Part shown: positions 30,232 to 38,278 of the stretch, in pieces
How positions within the stretch are numbered: position 1 is the stretch's first letter
How the letters are laid out: each line of letters begins with the position of its first letter
Source of the DNA: Cyanophyceae cyanobacterium
GTDB lineage: Bacteria; Cyanobacteriota; Cyanobacteriia; Cyanobacteriales; JBHJGN01
DNA: 64,000 nt
Assembly: GCA_050331735.1 (NCBI GenBank)
Contig: JBHJGN010000004.1
Location: 32,001 to 96,000, forward strand
Direction: 5' to 3'
Made by a program: the position numbers and the translations under genes
Notes under the pieces: generated by a model
Told to the model about the DNA's origin: nothing
Seen by the model: only the letters and a program-made list of their open reading frames with translations
Database searches by the model: none

Positions 30232-30891
30232 ATGACTAAACAACCGATTGCCCTGACTAGTCAGCTTTATCGCTACCTCCAAGCGGTTTCTGTCCGCGAA
30301 CCAGAAGTGTTAGCTCAGTTGAGGCAGGAAACAGAAAAGCAACCACTCAGCCAGATGCAGATTCCCCCAGAACAGGCTCAGCTCATGGCGTTACTGGTCC
30401 AGCTCATGGGAGCAAAGAAAACCTTAGAAGTCGGCGTGTTCACGGGCTATAGTACCCTGGCGGTGGCGCTCGCGCTGCCCCCAGACGGTAAAGTGATTGC
30501 CTGCGACGTGAGCGAAGAGTATACGGCGATCGCCCGTCGCTACTGGCAGCAGGCGGGAGTCGCCCACAAAATTGAGCTGCACCTCGCTCCTGCCTTGGCA
30601 ACTTTAGATAAATTCATTCAAGAACAGGCAGAAACTTTTGATTTTGCCTTTATTGATGCCGATAAAAGTAACTACGATTGCTACTACGAACAAGCCCTGA
30701 AGCTGATACGTCCCGGCGGCCTAATTGCTATTGATAATGTCCTTTGGTCAGGAAAGGTAGCCGATCCTGAAGTACAGGATAACCGCACCAAAACTATTCG
30801 GGCTTTGAATCAAAAGCTGTATCAAGATCGGCGGATCGCCCTGAGTTTAGTTCCCGTGGCTGATGGCTTAACTCTGGCCATGAAGCAGTAA
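30232..30891 (+). CDS. SAM-dependent O-methyltransferase (CCoAOMT-like)
   Basis: [24 protein letters not shown]. Confidence 0.9.
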   Translation: MTKQPIALTSQLYRYLQAVSVREPEVLAQLRQETEKQPLSQMQIPPEQAQLMALLVQLMGAKKTLEVGVFTGYSTLAVALALPPDGKVIACDVSEEYTAIARRYWQQAGVAHKIELHLAPALATLDKFIQEQAETFDFAFIDADKSNYDCYYEQALKLIRPGGLIAIDNVLWSGKVADPEVQDNRTKTIRALNQKLYQDRRIALSLVPVADGLTLAMKQ

Positions 30892-31011
30892 TCATTTGGT
30901 TCAGCGTTAGCCAACATTGACTGTCCCTTCAATTTTATCAAAGCTGATGATTCTGTGAGACAATACAAGAATAGTTAAACTTCTCCTTGTCCATCTCGCT
31001 TGTGGAAAAAA

Positions 31012-31311
31012 ATGACTAACGGTGTTTCTGAACCCGATAGACTAGAGCGAATAGAAACATTACTAGAAGGATTAACGACAGGTTTTAGTAAGCTAGACTC
31101 TGATGTACGAGACTTGCGTTCTAATGTTGAAGATTTGCGTACCAATGTTGAAGACTTGCGTACCAATGTTGAAACTTTAAACTCAGCCGTTTCTCGCACA
31201 AACGACAAGGTAGAGATCTATCAAAAAGCATCGCAACAAGTAGTTAACCTTGCTTTTGGCTTAATTATTACCTCCGCTTTAGCTATCATTATTCCCGCTG
31301 TCTTAAAGTAA
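31012..31311 (+). CDS. Small coiled-coil protein with C-terminal TM helix
   Basis: Heptad repeats VEDLRTN; ends [26 protein letters not shown]. Confidence 0.65.
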   Translation: MTNGVSEPDRLERIETLLEGLTTGFSKLDSDVRDLRSNVEDLRTNVEDLRTNVETLNSAVSRTNDKVEIYQKASQQVVNLAFGLIITSALAIIIPAVLK

Positions 31312-31414
31312 ACCTGTAAATAGAAAAATACTTGAGAAATAGAGAGGCTGAGGAGACAGTTAGTAGGGGAGTTTCCGGGGTTAAGAAACCTAATTATCTA
31401 TCAGCAATCAACAA

Positions 31415-32233
31415 TTAACCATTATCGAAACAATAAGGACAAGAAACTCCCTCTTGATACTGCGGTAAAGATTTATCAGCTTCAGAAATGGGATGTCCAC
31501 AGCCTAGACACAGATCGTGACTTCCGGCTTCTAAACCCTCCTTAACGGCCACTCGCTGATCGAAAACGAAACACTCTCCCTGCCATAAACTGTCTTCTGC
31601 CGGAATTTCCCTTAAATAGTTGAGAATACCGCCTTTAAGATGATAAACTTCCGGAAAACCTTGAGACAAAAGGAAAGAGGTCGCTTTCTCACAGCGAATT
31701 CCTCCGGTACAAAATAAGGCAACCTTGCGATGTTTTGCCGGATCGAGATGGGTGCGAACGTAATCGGGAAAGTCTCTAAATGAAGCAGTTTGCGGATCTT
31801 GAGCGTTTTTAAAAGTGCCAATTTTGACTTCATATTGGTTTCGGGTATCAATCACCGTTACTTCTGGATCGCTGATAACGTGATTCCATTCTTGAGGACT
31901 AAGGTATTGACCAACCCGTTGACTTGGATCGATGGCTGGCAAACCGGAAGTGACAATTTCTGGCTTGATGCGTACCTTCAAACGGTCAAACGGTACGCTT
32001 TCAGCAACGCTTTCTTGATGCTCTAAGTCGGCGAGACGTTCGTTTGAACGGAGAAAGGCAAGCACTGAAGCAATTGCCTCACCAGATCCAGCGATGGTGC
32101 CGTTGATGCCCTCGGTGGCAAGCAGAATTGTTCCTTTAATCTGCTGTTTGTGGCCATAGGCGATTAAGGCAGCTTGAAACTCAGTTAAGTCTGGTAGCCG
32201 AACAAACTTATAGAACGTAGCAACAACGATCAT
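31415..32233 (-). CDS. trhO: Rhodanese-domain tRNA uridine(34) hydroxylase TrhO
   Basis: ATFYKF, GTILLATEGINGT, IDTRNQYE, FCTGGIRCEKA, GECFVFDQR; ATG at 32233 (the longer ORF overlaps the tRNA). Confidence 0.85.
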   Translation of the reverse strand: MIVVATFYKFVRLPDLTEFQAALIAYGHKQQIKGTILLATEGINGTIAGSGEAIASVLAFLRSNERLADLEHQESVAESVPFDRLKVRIKPEIVTSGLPAIDPSQRVGQYLSPQEWNHVISDPEVTVIDTRNQYEVKIGTFKNAQDPQTASFRDFPDYVRTHLDPAKHRKVALFCTGGIRCEKATSFLLSQGFPEVYHLKGGILNYLREIPAEDSLWQGECFVFDQRVAVKEGLEAGSHDLCLGCGHPISEADKSLPQYQEGVSCPYCFDNG

Positions 32234-32290
32234 GCAACTTTGCAACTTATAGCTGAGCGCGATTTCTTTCCCAACTTTATTGTAATCGGC

Positions 32291-32296
32291 TATAAT
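32291..32296 (+). promoter_or_regulatory. Putative -10 box (TATAAT) for tRNA-Ala
   Basis: Perfect TATAAT 14 nt upstream of the tRNA 5' end. Confidence 0.5.
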
Positions 32297-32310
32297 AGCT
32301 AAGTGCCTAT

Positions 32311-32384
32311 GGGGGTATAGCTCAGTTGGTAGTAGCACCTGCTTTGCAAGCAGGATGTCAGCGGTTCGAGTCCGCTTACCTCCA
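32311..32384 (+). tRNA. trnA: tRNA-Ala (anticodon TGC)
   Basis: Acceptor stem GGGGGTA/TACCTCC+A; anticodon arm CCTGC-TT-TGC-AA-GCAGG; T-arm AGCGG-TTCGAGT-CCGCT; CCA not encoded. Confidence 0.92.
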
Positions 32385-32516
32385 CTCAATCTAACTCTTT
32401 AATCAATGCTTAAGGTCTGCCTTTGAGCAGGCGAAGTTATCTCATCAGAAAGATGTCCCAAGGCGAAAGCTAACCGTACCTTTAAGAAGTTCTGATAGTG
32501 AAGGTTAGCAACAAAC

Positions 32517-32711
32517 ATGGCTAAAGCGAATCCGATTGAGATGCAAAAGTATTTAAAGGGAATGGACTACCCTGCCAGTCAGCAAGATTTGGTGGACCAC
32601 GCCAAGAAAAATGGGGCTGACGACGATACAGTTTCCGTTCTTGAACAGTTGCCTGACAAGCACTATGAAACAGCCGCTGATGTTAGTAAAGCAGTCGGTC
32701 AGGTCGAATAA
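32517..32711 (+). CDS. DUF2795 family small protein
   Basis: QKYLKGMDYPASQQDLVDHAKKNGA...LEQLPDKHY. Confidence 0.85.
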   Translation: MAKANPIEMQKYLKGMDYPASQQDLVDHAKKNGADDDTVSVLEQLPDKHYETAADVSKAVGQVE

Positions 32712-32900
32712 AAAAGTGGCAAAATACGATAGTGCAGGGGCCAGAAGACAACTCGGGGGAAGGGAGACAGGGACATTTCTTTTCAGGATTGGTTCTGCTT
32801 ACTTTGCCTCATCTCACTTCTTTTGTGCTGAAAGCAAATCGTGAATTAATTTACCAGGCGGGATGTTTAGCTCTAAGAACAAGAGACTAACCATAAAAAC

Positions 32901-33666
32901 ATGGGAAAACAGCACTCTAGGGCCAAAAAAATCCGTCAATTGGTTTGCTCTCAGTTTGGCTATGAATCTCTCCGCCCGGGGCAAGAGGAAGCCCTGAATG
33001 CTCTACTGGATAGACGTGATACGTTAGTGGTCATGCCAACGGGGTCAGGTAAATCAGCCATTTATCAAATGGCGGCGCTGTTATACCATTTACCGAAAGT
33101 AGTCAGATAGTTCCCAAACTAACCAACAACTGGAGGTTCAAGGGCAAAGAGCTGCTGTGCTTCCCTTTCCCCTTTACCCTTTCCCCCAACTCATCAAGTC
33201 TCCTATTACTTTTTCTAATTGGTATTAATTCCTGGTGTGACGGTCGTGATTTCGCCGCTGATTGCCCTCCAGCAAGATCAGGTTGAGTCTATCAATGAGG
33301 AGTTGACGAGCGAGGCGGCAATTGTGAATTCAACAATTACCAAAAGCGATCGCCTGTCTATTCTATTGCCCCGACGACCTCAACATCCGTCGCTTTTTAG
33401 CCAGTAGCGGACAGATTGACGTTGAGCAAGTGGAAGCGGTAGCGGGAACCGTTGAAGAACACAATCAACCACCGGGTCGCGTGGTAGAAGATACAGACAA
33501 GTCCTTCTGGGGACAAACAAAGATTCTCCGGTACGAAGGCAACAAAGTTGTCGTGCTATTTAACGAGGTTGGTTACAAAACCCTCAGCGTTAAGCTAGCG
33601 GTACAAAGAAAGTTACTCAAGCGCCTCAGCGATCGCACAAGACAAGAAAAGCCTATTCAAGCTTAG
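32901..33666 (+). pseudogene. recQ: RecQ family helicase pseudogene
   Basis: Fragments FGYESLRPGQEE..VMPTGSGKSAIYQ (motif I) and TVVISPLIALQQDQV (motif Ia), then AIACLFYCPDDL and a C-terminal RYEGNKVVVLFNEVGYKTL; interrupted by an insertion and lacking motifs II-VI. Confidence 0.85.
33084..33224. mobile_element. 141-bp MITE-like insertion in recQ
   Basis: TTA duplicated at 33081-83 and 33225-27; imperfect TIRs (TACCATTTACCGAAAGTAGT vs reverse complement TACCAATTAGAAAAAGTAAT); excision restores QMAALLIPGVTVVISP in frame. Confidence 0.8.
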
Positions 33667-33715
33667 CTCTTAATCCCTTTCCCTTTTCCCAACTCAACCA
33701 ATTTCTCTAACAAGA

Positions 33716-34750
33716 TCAACTAGAATCATCCTGAGTATATTGCTTGAGCCAAGTCAGGGCCGGTCTTTCTGTACCGTCTTTCCGTAATAAATAGGCATCT
33801 TTTTGCCAAATTTCTCCTTCTCGATAGCCCCACAGCGTAATGCCCTTAACGTGGGGATTCTCCCAAAAAAGCGGAAAGATGGCCTGATAGCTTTCTAATT
33901 GAGCTTGTTCTGAAGGGCCACGAATATCTAACTCTGTGATGTAAACGTCTAAGCCTATGTCGGTAATTCTGTCTAAATTCGTGCTGACTCTCTCGCGGTC
34001 GTTTTTTGTCAAAAAATGGCCCTGCACTCCCACCCCGTCAACTAATCCTCTCTCTTTCAACAGTTCGATCAGGGCAATATATTTTGTGGTTCGCTGGTTG
34101 CTCTTTAACACATTAATCTCGTTGATCAGTAGCTGGGCGTGAGGAGCCTGTTTTCTGGCAATCCGAAACGCTTCGATCACCCAATCAAATCCAGTTTCTC
34201 CCGACCCTCCTAAAGCCTCTGCGTAAAAGGGCGGTTCTACTAAAGCTTCATTGACAACCTCGATAATCGCTGTATCGGGATAGCGCGTCATAAAAGCTTG
34301 AATCCACTCTTCAAATTCTGCCTTCTGTTCCGACGGCGGCAAATCTTTCAGCCACTTAGGGGGATTGTGCCACCAGATTGGCGTATGCCACTTGAAAATG
34401 ACATTATTGCTCAACGAGAACTCATAGAAGATATCGAGCTTCGTCCAGTCCATGCGATCACGTTCTGGCTCGACCAATTGCCACTTGCCGTTGTTCTCGG
34501 GTGTTAACTGATTCCAATACTGAGTAAATTCCTCTGGAACCGTATCTCGAATCCCAACGACATTACCCAGAAATTTTTCGTTCGTCCGGGAAACAGAGCG
34601 TTCCGACCGCGGCTCGGCCCGATAGCTATTGCTCAAGCTCATGCTGCCAATTGCTAGCATACTGATGACGACAATCTTTTTGAGGCTGGGCACAATTAGT
34701 CTCTTGAACAACGACTTGGAGCGGCCAATAGCACAGAGTATCCGCGCCAA
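33716..34750 (-). CDS. Glycoside hydrolase family 10 (endo-1,4-beta-xylanase-like), probably secreted
   Basis: WNQLTPENNGKW, FKWHT, VVNEA (acid/base), GVQGH, ITELD (nucleophile), GITLWGY; true start probably downstream. Confidence 0.9.
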   Translation of the reverse strand: MARILCAIGRSKSLFKRLIVPSLKKIVVISMLAIGSMSLSNSYRAEPRSERSVSRTNEKFLGNVVGIRDTVPEEFTQYWNQLTPENNGKWQLVEPERDRMDWTKLDIFYEFSLSNNVIFKWHTPIWWHNPPKWLKDLPPSEQKAEFEEWIQAFMTRYPDTAIIEVVNEALVEPPFYAEALGGSGETGFDWVIEAFRIARKQAPHAQLLINEINVLKSNQRTTKYIALIELLKERGLVDGVGVQGHFLTKNDRERVSTNLDRITDIGLDVYITELDIRGPSEQAQLESYQAIFPLFWENPHVKGITLWGYREGEIWQKDAYLLRKDGTERPALTWLKQYTQDDSS

Positions 34751-34908
34751 CTAGCTGTCATTATGGTAGCTGCTTCCCCCAAATCGGAGGCAACAAGATC
34801 GGGCGGTGGATAAACGCGGAAATAGTCCTTCTCCGCTCTTGATGGTTGATAGACCCCAATCAACTATCAACAATGGACCGACCTCCGTTATCTCTGCCCG
34901 GAACGAGT

Positions 34909-35640
34909 TCAACGAATATCTTCGTAAAACTGCTTGAGATAGGTAGCAGAGACCCCCACGCCCCAGAGAAACCCAATGGAGAGGTAAATAGCATGAGCCT
35001 TCAGCGCTCCCCATTTTGCCACCCGACGGTCGGATGTTTGGACAATCCGATTAACTTGGCAAATCCGTCCAGATTTAAACAGCCTGCGACATAAATCCGC
35101 ATCTTCCATAATCGGTAAAGTGCCATCGAAACCGCCACACTGCCAGAAGTCGGCACGACGACAGAATATCACCTGATCGCCGAACAGAATACGTAACCCT
35201 CTAAAAAACAGATGCGGACGAAACAGCAAAGGAGCATAATAGGTTTTTAAAAAATGATGCAGCACCACCCCCCAGCGAGTGGTTTGCGGTCCTGCCATCA
35301 CTGAAACAAAACCGCCACAGGCTACAGTGCGATCGCTTAAAGTGTTCGCGATCACTTTTACCAAATCGTCAGGAACAATCGTATCCGCATGCAGAAAACA
35401 CAGTGTCTCACCCGAGGCTACCTTTGCTCCGTCATTCATTTGAACAGCACGTCCTCGTTGCTCAGAGAAGACCACGGTCACTCCAGCCGCTTTAGCAATT
35501 TCAACGGTGTCATCTCGACTACCGCCATCGACTACGATTACTTCCCACGGAGCCGGAGACAAAACCTGGAGATGACACAAAGTTTGGCCAAGAGAGGCAG
35601 ATTCATTTAAAGTCGGAATAATAATCGAAACGCGAGACAT
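34909..35640 (-). CDS. GT2 glycosyltransferase (TIGR04283-like)
   Basis: IIIPTLNE, VVDGGSRD, GRAVQMN, FLHADT, FGDQ, MEDADL. Confidence 0.85.
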   Translation of the reverse strand: MSRVSIIIPTLNESASLGQTLCHLQVLSPAPWEVIVVDGGSRDDTVEIAKAAGVTVVFSEQRGRAVQMNDGAKVASGETLCFLHADTIVPDDLVKVIANTLSDRTVACGGFVSVMAGPQTTRWGVVLHHFLKTYYAPLLFRPHLFFRGLRILFGDQVIFCRRADFWQCGGFDGTLPIMEDADLCRRLFKSGRICQVNRIVQTSDRRVAKWGALKAHAIYLSIGFLWGVGVSATYLKQFYEDIR

Positions 35641-35851
35641 ACAGAAGTCGTCAGCAGTGAGGAGTAATATTACATCTGGGCGAAAAGTGAGATAATTAGA
35701 ACCTAAGTGTTTTCAAGTTAGTGGTTAGTCGTTACAGATCAGGCTTTTCTGCTACTAACTACTCCCCAAATCCCACTCCACCTTTTAGTATTGCGATCGC
35801 CACACCCGAGAACAACGACTCAAAGGATGAGATGCTAGCAACCGACTGCTC

Positions 35852-36826
35852 TCAAAGCGGCAGGTCGTCGAGGAGATTTTGGGTTGAGTTAAGTAAAGAA
35901 CGCTGCGCCGATTGTTGCTGCTGAACGCTGGCAAAAGATTTAATCAATGGTTCTAAACAGCGCTGAGCGTCTTCGTAACCCCGCTGTCTCAGTAAGTTGA
36001 TGCGTACGGTGCTAAAGTCGAAAAAAGCCTTAGCTAAACCGACTGCTGGAGTAGCCGACTCCTGAATTGGGAGTTCTGGTCTAATTTCAATGACGATTTG
36101 GCCCGGAAAGTTGTGACGATTCCAGGTAGCTCCGTTGCCCAAATGAATCACGATCGCATGAGTACAGCCGCGAGCCGCAAGTGCGCCGAGAGGAACGTTA
36201 TCAGCCAGACCGCCATCTGCATAGCATTGACCGTTAATTTCCCGGCTCGGAAAGGCGAGGGGAATGGCTGCACTCGCGAGCAGTACCTCAAACATCTGAT
36301 CGTCGGCAAAATCTCGAACGCAGAGCCAGTGAGCTTTCGTTCCGGTACGGGCGCGAACAATCTCGACTAGCCAATCGGATGCTCCCAGGTTCAGAGACGG
36401 GAAAACCGCTACCCAAAATTCAGTTCCCCTTCTCAACCTGTTGGGTTTTATCGCTGCTCTCAGCACCTGTTCAATTGGTTTCGGGTCAAAAATGGCTGAC
36501 TGCAAGTGCTCTTGTCTAGAGGTGAGCTGCTGACCCCCCTTGAAGTAAGTAGCAGGCTGATTCCGACGAATAATGCCAATGCTGCCAAGTCGATCCCAAA
36601 CTTCATTGACTCTCTGAACTCCATTTTCAAAGGAACCATTAGCGGCTAGAACCCCGCCATTAAGAGCGCCAATGCTCGTGCCAGCAATAATTTGTGGCTG
36701 GATGCCGAGTTCTGCTAAGTAGGTCAGTGCTCCAACCTGATAAGCCCCTTTTGCCCCGCCACCAGCAAGGACTAAACCAAAATGAGGAGTTGCTTTCTGA
36801 TTCACCTGATTACTGAGTAGATTCAA
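35852..36826 (-). CDS. Patatin-like phospholipase
   Basis: LAGGGAKG oxyanion loop, GTSIG (catalytic Ser), ASAAIP, ADGG (catalytic Asp); start uncertain. Confidence 0.9.
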   Translation of the reverse strand: MNLLSNQVNQKATPHFGLVLAGGGAKGAYQVGALTYLAELGIQPQIIAGTSIGALNGGVLAANGSFENGVQRVNEVWDRLGSIGIIRRNQPATYFKGGQQLTSRQEHLQSAIFDPKPIEQVLRAAIKPNRLRRGTEFWVAVFPSLNLGASDWLVEIVRARTGTKAHWLCVRDFADDQMFEVLLASAAIPLAFPSREINGQCYADGGLADNVPLGALAARGCTHAIVIHLGNGATWNRHNFPGQIVIEIRPELPIQESATPAVGLAKAFFDFSTVRINLLRQRGYEDAQRCLEPLIKSFASVQQQQSAQRSLLNSTQNLLDDLPL

Positions 36827-37010
36827 TAGCGTTAAACACCTGTTTAATAATTTTGGGGTGTAAGATTTTGCCAGCGTGAAAAGGAATGATTACTCTGACT
36901 TAATTCTTGAGGTAGATACGATGACTACCCTTGCTTCTAATGAGTTCAAAGCCATCATTTACCAGCAATTTCTCTGCTTCGGAAGCTGTCAGTCTGGATA
37001 GTTTAGGCAA
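36810..37010 (-). pseudogene. hicA: HicA toxin with an in-frame nonsense codon
   Basis: TTG start; reads MPKLSRLTASEAEKLLVNDGFELIRSKGSHRIYLKN*VRVIIPFHAGKILHPKIIKQVFNAIESTQ; TAA at 36900-36902; absent from the ORF track. Confidence 0.85.
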
Positions 37011-37227
37011 CCTGCACCTCTAATGTCGTAATCATCACTTCTTTGGTTAAAAGAGCCAATTTTTCTTCTTTTGATAAAGTTTCCAGGTAGAGTTCGACGG
37101 CTTCTGTAATGTTGACTTTGACCTCTTCTAAAGAATCTCCTTGACTTTGACAGCCTGCTAATTCAGGACAGTAAGCATAATACCCCTGTTCATCTTTCTC
37201 AATGACGATGTGAAGTTTGTCAGACAT
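37003..37227 (-). CDS. hicB: HicB family antitoxin (short form)
   Basis: IVIEKDEQGYYAYCPELAGCQSQGDSLEE..NITEAVELYLE. Confidence 0.9.
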   Translation of the reverse strand: MSDKLHIVIEKDEQGYYAYCPELAGCQSQGDSLEEVKVNITEAVELYLETLSKEEKLALLTKEVMITTLEVQVA

Positions 37228-37240
37228 CTTCAGTTTGCTC

Positions 37241-38275
37241 CTAGTGCCACCGCAGCAGGTTTAAGCAATCGTTGGCGGTTTCCTCAACAATAGCAGTCAC
37301 AAATTCGCGGGCATCGGTGGTGCGGCAGATTGAATCGACCTGAGTCCGACACAGAGCGATCGCACTCTGACCCGGTTTTGAGGGTCTGGAGGATTCGGGA
37401 AGCGTTGCCAGCTCTAGCGTGGTCCCAATTGTAAACAGCATCGGAGCGTTGAGGAGTCGCTGTGGGGGCAGGGAGCGAATTTCGAGGAGGGCAGCCGTCA
37501 GAGCGCGATCGCTCTTTGACATGGCTGACCAAGCATGGTCTAGTAAATCGGCTAGGCTAAAAAAGCTCTGGGGAAGCTGTTGGCTCATCGAGAGCAGCTT
37601 GTTAATCAGCAGCGATCGAAACCGGTGAGTATCGCCGGTTTCCAGCTCATAAACAGCCACCGCACTGCTAAACACCTCTCTCGCCAGCAGCACCACCTGA
37701 ACGGCCCACGGCAGGTTAGTATAGCTTTGTCCGGCAGTCCATGCCGTCACAATCTGAGCCAAATCTTCGTTGGCCGCCACGCGCACTTCCAACTGTCTCA
37801 CTCGCGCTTCTAGCTGATTGAGGCGATCGCCCACCTGCTGCGCGAGACAATTGAGCTGTTGAGCGAGCAAACTAACGGCCTCCTGGTGGTCTTGAGAGAG
37901 CTGCCGATACCGCCGGATGGCGTTGCGCGCTTCGAGCAAGGATTGTTGCGTCACTTCTAGCGCCACTTGGCTAATGCGCAGTGAATCGCTCAGTTCTAAA
38001 ACCCATTGTCTGAGGGCTTCTTGACCAGCAATTAAATTCCCGTTGAGCAGCAGTTGGCGAGAGCGATCGCTTCCGTCTAGGCTGGACATCAATTGACCAA
38101 AATAGCCCAAACTTTTCCGATAGCGAATCACGTCGTTGCTGACCTGAATGCCGTTGACAATATTGACCAGTGCCCGATCGCCAACAATCGGAATCCGCTG
38201 CTGTAATTCTGCTAAATATCCCGTCGAATGGCTAACAACGTTGATCGGACTGCTGTGACTGAATTCTAAATTCAT
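37241..38275 (-). CDS. YjcZ/RdcB-like protein
   Basis: Coiled coil plus LAQIVTAWTAGQSY, recalling E. coli YjcZ; directly downstream of a CrfC-like dynamin as in E. coli. Confidence 0.6.
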   Translation of the reverse strand: MNLEFSHSSPINVVSHSTGYLAELQQRIPIVGDRALVNIVNGIQVSNDVIRYRKSLGYFGQLMSSLDGSDRSRQLLLNGNLIAGQEALRQWVLELSDSLRISQVALEVTQQSLLEARNAIRRYRQLSQDHQEAVSLLAQQLNCLAQQVGDRLNQLEARVRQLEVRVAANEDLAQIVTAWTAGQSYTNLPWAVQVVLLAREVFSSAVAVYELETGDTHRFRSLLINKLLSMSQQLPQSFFSLADLLDHAWSAMSKSDRALTAALLEIRSLPPQRLLNAPMLFTIGTTLELATLPESSRPSKPGQSAIALCRTQVDSICRTTDAREFVTAIVEETANDCLNLLRWH

Positions 38276-38278
38276 GGC

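Noticed and set aside
32234..32389. N-terminal extension of the 324-aa trhO ORF
   Set aside because: It overlaps the tRNA-Ala gene on the opposite strand; TrhO similarity begins at the ATG at 32233
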